DNA of 64,000 bases from Malacoraja senta (taxonomy: Eukaryota), in assembly GCA_038087875.1 (NCBI GenBank), contig CM075989.1:16680001-16744000 (forward strand), read 5' to 3'. This document shows, one piece after another, positions 37,942 to 51,816 of the stretch (positions within the stretch are counted from its first letter, which is position 1; every line of letters starts with the position of its first letter). Both the position numbers and the translations under genes were made by a program. Below the pieces are notes generated by a model. It made no database searches. It was given only the letters and a program-made list of their open reading frames with translations, and had not been told where the DNA came from.

Positions 37942-40398
37942 TAAAACAGTCTTGATAAAGTACTCAAGACTCTGGAGTAAAACCCATATCCGTTACCTCA
38001 ATAGCAAATGTGTTATCCCACTACTAACCCAATACCCAGGGGCTAATTCTTTAAAGCTTTTGTTGAGTATTGAACTAATTAGATGCTGTGGGGACACAGG
38101 ACCAATTAACAGATATTTTGTGTAACTTTGTTTCAAGGGTTTACAGTTAGTCAATTCGTAGGGTTCTCCATCTTGCACAAAATACTTGCATTTAACCAGA
38201 GCAAAATGAAATCCAAGACATTACAGCCAAACTGAGTAACTAGTGAAAGTTTCGGCAGTGTCAGTTTGGTTTCTGTATTTACTAGCCCAGTCACATCCCA
38301 GCGTGAATTCCTCTCCCAATCTGCTGAACTCATCAGATGGAACCAAGTGAACACAATGGGAACATTAGAACAAGTAATTTGATTCTATTCTCTATCTGGG
38401 CAGCAACTTGCTATCCGAAGTTCACTGCTACAGATACTGACATTGGCCCATGGAGCAAAGACTTAGTAGTGTGGACATTCATTAGAATGAACCCTTCCTT
38501 CAACAATGAACAAAATCCTGATATCATGGGTCAATAGATGGTGACCTAGGTTGTGGTGTAATTAGATCCAAAAGACCTTCCTCTCCAGGAAACACGAGCC
38601 TTGTTTTCAGGGTTGTGGTCTTGCGCTAAATGTTATTCACATTATTCCCTTTATCATGTATCTGTACACTGTGGACGGCTTGATTGTAATCATGTATTGT
38701 CTTTCCGGTGACTGGTCAGCATGCAACAAAAGCTTTTCGCTGTACCTCGGTACACGTGACAAGAAAATAAACTCAACTCACCTCAGCATAGAATGTAATC
38801 TGAACCTTCATTCACTCTGCTCATAATCCCCTGCATTCATTGAGTACATTGAGGAGCCAGCATAAATCAGCCAAGAGGTTCGGGCGACCTACTCCTGTTC
38901 CTACTTACCTGTGAACTTATGTTCATGATTTAGGTAAGTTAATGAAAATTAATTGATAAATAGAAGTACTTTCCAGAATGTACCTACAATGGAAATTGCA
39001 TTGAACAAATATCAGGATGTTAAATCTCTACAGAAATAAGTTCAGCTGAGCTGGGTTCTGAGGCTCTCTGGACTGAAAATTAACCTTATGGAGTGGAACT
39101 GTGCCAGAAAAATGTTAGTTTGTGAAAGGAGACAAATTGCTACATGAGCCTCCAGACTGAATGTCACAGAGACCTGAATACTTAAGTGGTTATCTATTAG
39201 GTTTAATTCTGGCAATCATCCACAGTCGTTAATAAATAATTATGTTTTCCTTTCATTAAAGCAATGGATGAAGATACATGCCACATACCATCTAATTATC
39301 TATATTTACATTAAAGGACAACGGGAAACTTGATAAGATATAATGGAGGAAAATGATTACATTTGTGCTTGTATTTGAGGAGGCAGTCCCAGTGGAGCTC
39401 CGATGAATTGTTGCTACAGAAGATTTGGGTTCTGAAGATTGCTACTTGTTCGATGCAATTTCCATTGACTGGAACTCTGTCTCTGTAATTCATTAGCCTT
39501 CTGACCCTGGATCAATTAGTTTAATTACTAAAAATAAATATAAAGCGCTTTTGTTTGCATCATTTACGCACAACATTTGTAAGGACTGCTTCTATTGTAT
39601 CATACTGCCCTTTGACAATAAAGACAATACCGTGCCAAAAGTGGACCATTTTCCATCTCTCAGGAGCCACCTATGTGTGAAGATAGACATCGATCATAAC
39701 TTTCAGAATCGTCGTTGGTGGATTGAGGGAAGATCAAGACCCTCAGACCAGACACATATTTCATAGTCTTCAGGGCAGCAGTGATCCTGACCTTTCAATA
39801 TACTTACAATATGCCAGACCCAAGAGCAGCAGCCATTCCAAGGCACTGGAATAATGCAATTAAAGCTATCACCACGATGTCTTAGAGTTTTTGAGTTAAT
39901 CAGTGCATAAAAATAGGCTATCCTGGTAACATAATGGGATTTGGGATTTCCTTAATCTTGTCTGCCAGTGATATATGGTGCCAACTCATTCAAGTCATAG
40001 AGTTAAACAGATTGGAAACAGACCCTTCAGCCCAACCTCTCCATGCCAACCAAGGTGCATTACCTAAGCTAGTTTGTCCGAAGTTTTTTTTAATGTACCG
40101 TACACTTTCCTGCAGGTGAAAACTTAATCCCGCACTACACTATAATCCTGTAGAGTTTCCCTGCCTTTTCAATTATTTAAACCTGCCATATGTTTCTTTT
40201 TTTTTCATTATCCAACTTTCAATATCCCTTGACATGCACGGATCCATGGAATTGTTATCAATATCTTTCAATCTTACAGTAAAGCGTATCGGTCTTGAAT
40301 TCACACTGACTCCACCAAATTCACAGAAGGATAAGTGTACCAAAGTCTGTGTACTATCCAGGAGAACATGTCCAACACTGTCCAACAATGTAAGTCTT

Positions 40399-40605
40399 TA
40401 GATAGACACAAAAGCTGGAGTAACTCAGCAGGACAGGCAGCATCTCTGGAGAGAAGGAATGGGTGACGTTTCGGGTCGAGACCCTTCTTCAGACTACGAA
40501 ACGTCACCAGTTCCTTCTCTCCAGAGATGCTGCCTGTCCCACTGAGTTACTCCAGCTTGTTGTGTCTATCTTTGGTTTAAACCAGCATCTGCAGTTCCTT
40601 CCTAC
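40399..40605. mobile_element. Penelope-like insertion with inverted 5' segment (fold-back)
   Basis: 14-bp TSD acaatgtaagtctt (40385-40398, 40606-40619). 40400-40473 is an inverted copy of 40497-40571. Confidence 0.75.
40465..40492 (-). ncRNA. Minimal hammerhead ribozyme-like core
   Basis: Reverse complement reads CUGAAGA-A-GGGU(CUCG)ACCC-GAAAC-GUC. Confidence 0.55.
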
Positions 40606-41899
40606 ACAATGTAAGTCTTCATATCCTTAATTAAGTACAGTAATGATAGTTTGGGTTATTTTTGATGAACTTTAAAAAAAAGTATTTTCAAAAGATACTT
40701 AGTCAGGTACATGGATAGCAAAGGTTTAGAGGGATATGGGCCAAATGCAGGCAAACGGGACTAGCTCAGATGGTGCACCTTGGTCGCTGTGGACAAGTTG
40801 GGCCAAAGGACCTGTTTCCGTGCTGTATGACTCTATCACTCCATGTATGGACGGGTCACTTATTCCATAATAAAAATATTTGCCCTCAACCAAGTGTGTT
40901 TCCCTGACAGAGAGAGACAGGAGAATTTAGGATTGGGGGAATAAAGAAACAGCAGAGAGATTCAACAACTACTTTGTGTCTATATTTGTAGAAGACGACA
41001 CTTAAAAATCTGACAGAAATGTCAGAGAAGTAAAAATGAGAAACTAAAGATCCCGACCTTGGGTGCTATCTGTCGGCAGTTTGCACATTCACCATGTGAC
41101 CTCACGGGTTTCCTCTGGATGGTCCAGAACCTTTGCCCTCAAAGACATGCAGATTGGTAGGTTAACTGGCTACTGCAAATATCTTCTAGTGTGTAGGTGT
41201 CAAATCTAGGGGGAGTTATTGGAAGTGAGATTAAGGAAAAAAAATGAATGTAGGATTAGTATAAGTGAGTGCTTGATGGTTAGTGTGGACTCAGTGGACT
41301 GCAGGATCTGTGTGCATGCTGTATGACTCTGTAACATGCTCCATCTCCATTCTTACATCTAGGAAGAAGTTTCAATTCCACCACCTCTCTGGCACTGTCC
41401 CTTTTCCAATTAAATATTTGCCGTGTTGCTCGACTATCCCGTCCTGAGATTATCTTAACGTGTGGATTCATTTTGTCTACCAAAGAAGATCCCAATGAAT
41501 CATTCAAAAATGATGATCAACTCTGATAACCCACAAAGCTAAAACTCAATGCTAATTATATAGTTGTTCCAGGTGTGGACCTCAAGGAGAATGCATTTGA
41601 TCTATAGGCCTCCTCTGGATGGTATATCATTCTCTCTAGGAATAGAAGCACCAATGCATTTGTCCGTGTCCTCAGCCCACATCACTGAGACAGATTAGCT
41701 GCTGTTTGCAGGATTATGTAGCCAAATCAGATGATGTTTCTCAAGTACAATTCCTACTAAAATCTTTTGGAGTTTAGGATTAATTTTTGAGCCTCACATG
41801 GATCATGAAAGGGAATATATAAATGCAAGAATGTTCTCTTATGTACACCTGCAGAAAATCCAACCACAGGAGCAGGTGAACGACCTTACAATCACAATT

Positions 41900-41905
41900 T
41901 TTATT
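41900..41905 (-). terminator. FAH: Probable FAH polyadenylation signal AATAAA
   Basis: AATAAA on the minus strand about 290 nt after the stop codon. Confidence 0.6.
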
Positions 41906-42194
41906 GATGTGCCATCATTTCACTTCAGTTAATTCTCAAACATTCTACAAAGTTTTGCTCAAAACTCAACAAAATATTAACTTATTCCTTTCACACGATA
42001 CGGTAATTAAGATATAATCAGGCTATTTTTAAAGGCAATGACAATTCCAGTGTTGAATCATGACATGAGCTGTGCATAAAATGTTGTAGATGTGGACTGA
42101 GGGGTCACTCAGTTAACACCAGCTCTACCAAGCCATGGCCACAGGAAGGGCAGGGCTCCATCCCTCACTCTCCACTCACAGCTTGCTCAGCACA

Positions 42195-42271
42195 TTACTT
42201 CTGAAATGCTGGAAGAACTTTCCCCGCACATTCACCAAAACCTATTCGGTAACCATTGCCCTGGCAAAAAC
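42195..42271 (-). CDS. FAH: Fumarylacetoacetase exon 14 (last coding exon)
   Basis: ttttag|(G)[27 protein letters not shown]. Confidence 0.95.
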
Positions 42272-44000
42272 CTAAAAATAAAAGTAACATCGCATTAACA
42301 TTGGAGACACAAGGGACTACAGATGTTGCAATCTGGAGTAAAGTACTACAGTAAGTGCTGGAGGAACTGAGAGGGTCAGAGTTATCCCTTTGTTTCCACA
42401 GATGCTGCCTGACCTGCTGAGTTCCTCCAGCAGTTTGCTTTTTTTTTTAAATTTTGCTTTTAAATGCATTATGGGTGCTTAAAACCAGATGGACCAACCC
42501 TCCGATTCTAGTGAAGATAGACACAAAATGCTGGAGTAATTCTGTGGGACAGGCAGCATCCCTGGAGGGAAGGAATGGGTGACGTTTTGGGTCGAAACCC
42601 TTCTTCAGACCGATTATAGTTATAGATTCATAGTCATACAGCATGGAAACAGGCCATTCAACCCTACTTGCCCATGCTGACCAACATACCCCATGTCTCC
42701 GTTTGGCCAATGTCCCTCTAAACCTATCCTATCCGCGTACCTGCCCAAATGGTTTGTGACGGAGCAGATTTACACAGTGAATGCACTTTGCTGAGTTATG
42801 GTTTGTCCCTTGTTTCCTCACTTCAGATCGCTACCCTGCCCACCCGTGGCTGGGTAGCGATCTCTCCCTCTGCATCTAAGCATCTCTCCCTCAAACATCA
42901 GCACTGAGTCCAGACAGTACCTTTAATATATCTTCTCATTGAACAAATGTGGAGCTAGCCCAAATATCAGCTCGATATAAAGAACCCCTCATGGCAAAGA
43001 GAGCACAACCACAACACCAGGGATGATCCACTCCTGGACAGGCAAGGGTTTCACTCACAGGTTTTGCTTGCTTCATGTTGTCAACTGACTATCAAAAGTA
43101 GCTGGTGTGCCAGAGCTGTAGAGCTGCTGCCTCCAACTCCAGCAACCAGTGTTTTCCAAGTGGAGCTTAAAACGTTCTCCCTGGTGCTCCTGATCTCCAC
43201 TGCTGTCCGTGTGAAGTTTGCACGTTCTCCATGGGGTTTCGACCACATCTCAAAGACGTGCAATTTGATAGGCTAATTGACCACCATAAATTGCCCCTGG
43301 AGCATAGGTGAGTGGTTGAATCTAGAGGGGAGCTGATGGGAATGTGGCGAGAATAAAGTGACATTTATGTAAGTGAGTGCTTAATGGTTGGTACGGACTT
43401 GGTGGGCCAAAAGGCCTGTTTGCATGCATATGACCCTACACAGATTGAAGTCCTTTATTTTCTTCATTAGTTGTAGTGTTTATTACAGAATGATTCAAAA
43501 TTAGTAGTCAGCGGAACGACAATACATGATTACAATCGAGCCATTTACATCGTATAGATAGGAAAGGGAATAACGTTTACCTAGCACTAACGTTATTTCC
43601 TTATCATGTATCTATACACTGTAGACGGCTCGATTGTAATCAACTAATCATGTACTGTCTTTCCGCTGACTGGTTAGCACACAACAAAAGCTTTTCACTG
43701 TACCTCAATACACGTGACAATAAACTAAACTGAACTGATTCTGGATAATGTCGAGCTTCTTGGAGCTGCATGTGGAGGGTGTTCCATCACATTCCTGACG
43801 TGTCCTGTAGATGATGAAAAGATCTCGAGGTGTTTGGTGGTGAGTCACTTGCTGTAGGATACCCAGCCTCTGACCCACTCTTAATGCAGCAGTATTGGCA
43901 TAGCAGTCCAATAGTTTCTGACTAAAAGGTGACCCAGGGACGTTGATGATGATGAGACATTAGACATCTGTGTGAAACACTCATCGACTCAAATCTGAAT

Positions 44001-45480
44001 GTCAAGTCAAGTGAGTTTATTGTCATGTGTCCCTGATAGGACAATGAAATTCTTGCTTTGCTTCAGCACACAGAACATAGGAGGCATTGACTACAAAACA
44101 GATCAGTGTGTCCATATACCATTATATAAATATATACACACATGAATAAATAAACTGATAAAGTGCAAATAACAGATAATGGGTTATTAATGATCAGAGT
44201 TTTGTCTGAGCCAGGTTTAATAGCCTGCTGTGGGGTAGTAGCTATTCCTGAACCTGGTTGTTGCAGTCTTCAGGCTCCTGTACCTTCTACCTGAAGGTAG
44301 CAGGGAGATGAGTGTGTGGCCAGGATGGTGTGGGTATTTGAACTGAACTGAACTGAACTTTATTTATAGAGCACTTTAAAAACAACCACTGTTGCAACAA
44401 AGTGCTGTACATGACTAATCATAAACATAAAACCAAACAATAAAAACATTAAAGACAGTAAAAACAATAAAAAACAATAGAAACACTAAAACAGGAGCAA
44501 AGTCTCATGCAGGGTCAAAAGCCAAGGAATAGAAAAGGGTTTTAAGACAAGTTTTGAAAATGGACAGTGAAGGGGCCTGTCTAATGTGCAAAGGTAGAGT
44601 GTTCCATAATGTCGGAGCAGCAACAGAGAAGGCTCTATCCCCTCTGAGCTTCCGCTTAGACCTCGGTACCTCCACGAGCAGCTGATCAGCTGACCTGAGG
44701 CACCGAGCAGGAGTGTAGGGATGAAGCAGCTCAGAGAGGTAAGGCGGGGCGAGACCATTTAAAGATTTAAAAACAAATAAAAGAATCTTAAAACGAACTC
44801 CAAAGTACACAGGCAGCCAGTGGAGGGAGGCCAGAATAGGCGTTATGTGCTCCCTCTTACGTGTTCCAGTTAAAAGGCGAGCAGCAGCATTCTGAACCAA
44901 CTGGAGACGTGCAAGGGATGATTGGCTAACTCCAAAATATAGTGCGTTACAGTAATCCAGCCGAGACGTGATGAAGGCATGGATTACTGTTTCAAAATGC
45001 TGTCGTTCAAGAATGGGCTTCACCTTTGCCAGCTGCCTTAAATGAAAGAAGCTGGACTTAACTACCGTGCCTATTTGACGATCTAATTTAAAATCACTGT
45101 CCATCTTAAAACCCAAGTTTAAAACTGTTGGCTTCACATACAGTGCCAAGGGACCCAAGTCAACAGGGGGAGGTTCACGGGGGCCATTGGGACCAAACAC
45201 TATCACTTCTGTTTTCTTTTCATTAATTTGATGATACTGCCAGCCTTTTTGAGGCAGCGACTGCAATAAATCCCCTCGATGGAAGGAAGGTCAGAGCCGA
45301 TGATGGACTGGGCAGTGTTTACTACTTTTTGTAGTCTTTTCCTCTCCAGGGCACTCAAGTTGCCGAACCAAGCCACGATGCAACCGGTCAGCATGCTCTC
45401 TACTGTGCACCTGTAGAAGTTAGAGAGAGTCCTCCTTGACAAACCGACTCTCTGTAATCTTCTCAGGAAGTAGAGGCACA
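44001..45480 (-). mobile_element. Rex1/Babar-like LINE 3' fragment split by an L2 insertion
   Basis: LYFLRRL...NFYRCTVES.LTGCI.AWFGN...LQKVVNTAQSIIG (45231-45480) continues as PHHPGH...LPSGRRYRSL (below 44340). Tail aataaa(cttga)n at 44001-44021. Confidence 0.85.
44342..45225 (-). mobile_element. 5'-truncated L2-clade LINE with uninterrupted ORF2 C-terminus
   Basis: About 240 open codons (KTEVIVFG, HAFITSRLDYCNAL, LQLVQNAAARLL, LHWLPV, RAFSVAAPTLWNTLP). 3' stem-loop and (gttca)n tail. Apparent TSD atttga at 44336-44341 and 45226-45231. Confidence 0.9.
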
Positions 45481-46564
45481 TTCCATCACTTATTAGTTTG
45501 ACATCGAAGGCATGTCTGATACCTTACCCCTGGAACTGTGTTTCTGTCCATTTTGCATTGGAGCAGTAACGAGCCTGACAAGCCAAATTGAGCAGCCCTG
45601 ACAGATTCCTGGCTTGCTTGAACCTATTCTGTCACTTTGTTGATGACTGACATTAGTTTGTGGGCTGTGTAAGTGGACATATTGCATTCGCCCTATTCTT
45701 TGTGGACAGCACAGACGTGCTATACTTTGTTGCTGATGGCTTGGCAGGACGTGGCTGGAGACACAGGGATTGTAGAAATCTTCAATCCTTCAATTGGTGC
45801 TCTGTCTGAGCCTAGAAGCTTCACTTACCAGTGCTCTCAGCTGTTGCTTGAAATGCATTGATTTGGCTGCAGATAGGCTTAAGTGACACCGTCATTTCAG
45901 GAGGAAGCTGAGATGATCAGACCACCTAATGTCAGTGTTGTGGTCTAATCCTCAGCTCTGGCGGATGAATTGAGGTTGGATCCATCAGGGTCAATTGTAA
46001 TGAATTTGAGGCACTTCCATGAGGAGAGTTAATAGGACAAATGCACAGTCTTTTACCCAGGTCGGGGAATCAAGAACCAGAGGACATGGGTGTAGGTAAA
46101 ATTTAATAGGAACCCGAGGGGAAGCTTTTTCACTCAGAGGGTGGTGGGTATATGGAATGTACTGCCAGAGGAGCTGGTTGAGGCACATATAAGGACAACA
46201 TTTAAAAGACACTTGGACAGGTACATGGAAAGGAAAGGTTTAGAGGGATATGGACTGAGTGGGACTAGCTTAGATGGGCATCTTGGTCGGCATGGACGAG
46301 TTGGGCCAAAGGGCCCGTTTCCCTATTATATGAATCTCTGACTCCTACGCAGAGCTTTATGTGTCATGTACATAAACCAGGGCTGAGGGGCAGGGGGCTG
46401 GAGAACCGAGGACACACCTGACCAACAGCTTCAGCGGATGTGGGCCCAGGTTCGCTTTACACCTGATGCAAACCAGCCTGGATTCACAGCCCTGCACGAC
46501 TTGTCCCTGTAAGGACATTTAAGGACAAGGATGAGACCCAATGCCATTTTCTCTTTGAGCTCAC

Positions 46565-46682
46565 CAGTCATGATAACCTCATCACCATCATGAAGGAATT
46601 TGCGTTGATGCCCACTGCCCAGGTCGATGGTTTTTGTTCCCTTCCACGACATCTCCAGCATTGATCCAAAGCTGTCCGGGCT
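46565..46682 (-). CDS. FAH: Fumarylacetoacetase exon 13 (118 nt)
   Basis: [39 protein letters not shown]; cag|...|gtgag. Confidence 0.95.
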
Positions 46683-47507
46683 CTGGAAAACATGACCATC
46701 TATGTTCCATCACACGCAGCGTGACAACCTCAAGAATGTTTTTAAAAAACTCAAAAAAATGCCAATTAAGAATACTGTAAAACTATTTATTTTTGTAAGA
46801 AATGAAAACTTAAACACTATCGAACAATAACAAATATTTGATAAACTGAATTAATTAACAAACAGTATGTCAACAAATACTCATCCTTTGTCCTCATTAA
46901 GCAACTGCAGGGAAACTGTAGCCAGTGTGCGCTCCATGTTTCATGGAGATGTACAACATGGAAATAGGCACTTCGGTCCTTTATGTCCATGTCAACCATC
47001 CATGCATCATAGAGTGGTGCAGCATGAAATCTCTGAGTCCGTGCTGACCATCCATGTGTCATAGAGCCATACAGCATGTAAGCAGGCCCTTCAGCCCACT
47101 GAGTTCTAGAACACTGTCCGACTGGAGTTTGCACATTCTCCCCGAGACTGCATGGGTTTCCCCTGGTGCTCCAGTTTTCTCCCACATCTCAAAGATGTGC
47201 TGGCTGGTAGGTCAACTGACCACTATATATTGCTGATAGTGTAGGGGGGTGGCAGAAGAATCAGGGGACAGTTGATGAGCATGCGAGGGAGGGGCTAGGT
47301 TGATTTGAGAGTAAACATACGCTCAACAGGCCAAATAGCCTCCTGTTAGTTGTGAGAAACATATTACATTATTTAAGTTTATGTTAGAGGAGCAGAATTA
47401 GGCCATTCGGCCCATCAAGTCTACTCCGCCATTCAATCATGGCTGATCTATCCATCTTTTCATCTCAACCCCATTCTCCTGCCTTCTCCCCATAACCCCT
47501 GACACCT

Positions 47508-47965
47508 GATGGCAGGACTTTCATATGAAGAAAGACTGGATAGACTCGGCTTGTACTCGCTAGAATTTAGAAGATTGAGGGGGGATCTTATAGAAACTTA
47601 CCAAATTCTTAAGGGGTTGGACAGGCTAGATGCAGGAAGATTATTCCCGATGTTGGGGAAGTCCAGAACAAGGGGTCACAGTTTAAGGATAAGGGGGAAG
47701 TCTTTTATGACCGAGATGAGAAAATCATTTGTTACATGTGGAATCTGTGGAATTCTCTGCCACAGAAAGTAGTTGAGGCCAGTTCATTGGCTATATTTAA
47801 GAGGGAGTTAGATGTGGCCCTTGTGGCTAAAGGGATCAGGGGGTATGGAGAGAAGGCAGGTACAGGATACTGAGTTGGATGATCAGCCATGATCATATTG
47901 AATGGCGGCGCAGGCTCAAAGGGCCGAATGGCCTACTCTTGCACCTATCTTCTATGTTTCTATGA
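47508..47965 (+). mobile_element. Well-preserved CR1-clade LINE 3' end
   Basis: MAGLSYEERLDRLGLYSLEFRRLRGDLIETYQILKGLDRLDAGRLFPMLGKSRTRGHSL, then a 3' UTR with a (tctatgtt)n tail. Confidence 0.9.
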
Positions 47966-48069
47966 TATGGGACTAGCTTATGTGCTTCTTGGTAGGCATG
48001 GACGAGTTGGGTCAAAGGGCCTGTTTCCATGCTGTATAACTCTATTGCAGAAAGACCTCTGATACTCAC

Positions 48070-48171
48070 GGAGCCACTGATTGTTCCAGAGGCCAGCAGA
48101 TCTCCAGGCCTCACGTTGCACCCATTAACTGTGTGGTGAGCCAGCTGTTGTTTCATGGTCCAATACATGTT
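48070..48171 (-). CDS. FAH: Fumarylacetoacetase exon 12 (102 nt)
   Basis: NMYWTMKQQLAHHTVNGCNVRPGDLLASGTISGS; cag|...|gtgagt. Confidence 0.96.
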
Positions 48172-50165
48172 CTGAAGAGATGTGAAGATGAGAAGAAAGA
48201 TTCATTTTTGTTTAAAACGGAAAACCACTCAACAACAAAACCCTTTACTGTCATCTTTAATAATACTATAAGATCCAAAGACCATTCTTGAAGGCCTTGC
48301 CAAAAAACATCTGATACTGAGCTAGGTCAGGAGTTGAGGGAAGGCCAGGAGTAACTGAAAGGACATGGTTTAGGAAATGAAGTAGAGGGACATAGCAAGG
48401 GGGAAGGATTTATGGAGGGAATCTGCAGTTCAGGCCGGGTGGCTGACAGCGCGATTCCCAAGTGTGGACCGATGAAAATTAAGGATGGGCAAAATACCAA
48501 ATCTGCAGGAAGGCAGAGATGTTGGAGGGTGGTGGAGCCGGAGAAAATTCCACAGACAAAGTGAGGACGTGGAGGGGTTTGAGAACAAGGATGGTGTGTT
48601 GGATGAATGGGATGGGGGTGCATTAGGGTATGGGCAGAATCATCTATCGGTGTAGATCTCAATGTGAGACCTGCAGCCACCACTTTTTGGCCCAGTCATT
48701 TGATGGAACGTCAGCAAGATGTCCATCACTGCTCCTGACAGATGAAGCTTTGCATCAGCAGTGCTCATCCAAATCTTATTCCATGCACTTAACCAATAGA
48801 GTGTATGGACAGATCTACGCAGTCTTCCATCACATGAACTCACTCTATGCCTGTTGCTATTTGCTTTGAGCTCTTAAGATGTCCCACTATAGCTACAATG
48901 GCAGATCATAAAAATCCATGCAGAATTTGAGCTTGTTTCATTATCCTGCCAAACACTGTAGTTCCCACTAAAGGACCACCTCATGTAACCCACCGTGAAA
49001 CCCAACGTTAGAAACATTGAAAGTAAGGGAGCGTGCAGTAGCTATTCCAGCAGAGCCTCAAGAGGGCACAGGAGAAGATCTAACAAATTTGGCATTTAGA
49101 GACTCAGTAGTGTGGACAGACATGAGGAGCTGGGATTCTCTTCCGCCTATTGAAGATAAGGGATCATTTCACTAGGGTGATCAGATGTAGAAACTATCTC
49201 AATGGTGTAAATAGTTACCCATGAATTAGATGAGACAAGGTCTATTTGCATCTCATTTGTAGTTCATTGGGTGTAATGCAGGGTTCACACACAACTCCTG
49301 GTGAAATTCCCACCCCTCAGGAAACTGGACCAGACATTTCCTGGTGTGATTCACCCTAAAACCGTTCTCATTTTCCGTCCTTTGATGGATACTTGCTGAT
49401 CTTGTTATCATGCGGGGAACATTCTATTCACTTAATGGGAGATTTTGGATCAATAGGTTATGATTTATGATCTTAATCATTAGTACTCAGTGCAACAAGC
49501 TGCACTGTACCATGCAACTACTGAATCCTGCTTGTTGTAAAAGAACATCGCTGGAGCATATCTTACATAAAGCAGTCGGTATTTCAAATTAGTTTTATTT
49601 TAATGAACCCACTGCAGAGTTTGGGAATCAGAACACTGACTCATCTCCAGTCTGATCGTGACTACTGCCCATCACCCACCACCCACCTCTGAAAGTTAAA
49701 ATCACACTAATGCTTTCTTTAGGGAAGTTCATATTGTTTTGGGAGGTGGGGGGGGGGGGGGGGGGGAGTCTCAGATTTGGTATCGCTGTTAACTCTAGCA
49801 CCCATCCATTACCCCAAACTTATGTGCAATTCAACTTTGGGCATGTATTTCTTTGGGCTGAAGGCTGGGAGGCAGAGTACAGAGGTCTCAGGAATCACAG
49901 GGAGGATCAGGCGAGTTCACACAGCAAGTTTCGGGTCAGGGACATACTCCCAGAGTGGATGACAAAGCAGACTCAACTATAACCTTTACAAGGGAGCAGA
50001 AAATGTACTTGAATTTTTCATGGTTCTTGAAAAATTGCAATGGAATGGGACTGTTTGGATAGCTCGTGCAAAGAGCAGATTGGGAGAAGGTGAGCTGATT
50101 GAAATCTTGTAGTGCTACAAGATTCTATGACTGGATAATGAGAGGCTGCAGGGCCCCAATCTCAC

Positions 50166-50212
50166 CTTGAAGTTGGACCGGCAGATAGTTGCCTTTTCAG
50201 CCATTTCTTTGC
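50166..50212 (-). CDS. FAH: Fumarylacetoacetase exon 11 (47 nt)
   Basis: (G)KEMAEKATICRSNFK; cag|...|gtgag. Confidence 0.92.
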
Positions 50213-51673
50213 CTGCCTCCAACACAGAAAACATTCTTGAAGCAAGATTAAATGTTACCATTTTGAAATATCATATTAACAGATTCAAATGGAATAAAAA
50301 GTCACTCCAGAGAACACAGTCTATATTTACCTTCACTTCACTTTTAAACAGACCCTTGCACACAAGTGGACTGAACATTAAATCTTATGAAGTCACTGCT
50401 ATGTTACTCCCCCTCCCCAAAGCAATCATTCTCAGTATAAATAGAAGATAGATTGTCCCCTTAAAACAAATTGTGTGTTCCACCCAACTTTACTTCTCAC
50501 CAAGACAAAAACTTTCCAACAAAACAAAAGGTCATTTTCTCCGTCAACCCACTTCCAGTAAATCCAGTGAGGCATGACTGTAGAAACATCACTGGAGCAA
50601 ACTTGGCCATTCAGCCCAATTTGAATGCACCTAGACTAGCTCTTATCTGGTGTTGTCTTCTCTAATTCCTTTTCCAGAACTTTCTTTCCATTAATAATGT
50701 TTTTTCAAATATTCTTTTCTAATTCCTTTTTACATGACATTCTCGTCACTGCCCGAATAGCATCACAGAATGGTTACAGTACACGAGGCCAATCAGCCCA
50801 TCTTGTCCATGTTGGTACTTCGCCAGAGCAAGTTGTCATTCCTCCCCCTTGCCCTCTCCTGGTAGCTCTGCAAATTTTTCCTTACCATACATTTAATCAA
50901 ATCCTGCTTGAAGGCCACAATGGAATCTTTCCCCACCAAATCTCCACCGCCTAGTCTTATATATCTGTTGTGGTGCTACAAATAAGAATATCATTGTCCC
51001 ATTTTGGGACCCTCGTGATCTTGACACGTGACAATAATAAACCAATACTAAACCTGACTAAAAAATATCACCAAATTGATTATTGCCAAATTACCTTTCT
51101 GTGCTGGCTTTCCTTACTTAATCCACTTCCCTCTTGGTTAACCTTAATCCTATCTTGGATCAGTGTTTCAAAAACATTCCCACTAACTGGTCTGTGGTTA
51201 CCTGACTTATTCTTCCTTCTCCTTTGAACAAGGAACGCAACATTTGCCATTTTTTCAGTCTTCTGGACCCACTCCCGTGGAATATCATCCTACACTACAT
51301 CCCATCAGTCCAGCTGTTTACTTACTTATAGTTTAGCCAACTTTTCTAACACCTCCATGCTATTCATGTTATAAGTATAGAGTGTTTCAATTACCACCTC
51401 CTTCACTACTCTTAGTAAGCACTATCTTCCCTGCAAATTACTCATTTATTACCTGAACGCTGCCCGCAGAATTAATGTGTAAGTTCCAACTTTTATTCTT
51501 AATCAGAAACCAACTTTTTCCATCAGGGACTGAAATTATTCATCCACCTCACCAGGCAGGTATAATTTAACGTTAATAAAACATTCTTGTTTTTAAGATT
51601 TCTCAATTTAAATTGTTGCACCGAATTAAAATAAAATGATGTATGACAACTTAAAATTTTCTGCATAACTCAC

Positions 51674-51749
51674 CTTTAATAGAAACAAAAAGGTTGATGT
51701 CAAATGTATATCGATCATCACTGCACAGATAGGGCAAAGGCTTGGGATC
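51674..51749 (-). CDS. FAH: Fumarylacetoacetase exon 10 (76 nt)
   Basis: [25 protein letters not shown]; tag|...|gtgagt. Confidence 0.95.
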
Positions 51750-51816
51750 CTACACAGTGCAAACATCAATAGAATTAAGTGGGCAATCCAAGCTGCATTA
51801 GTAGATACTTAAAACT

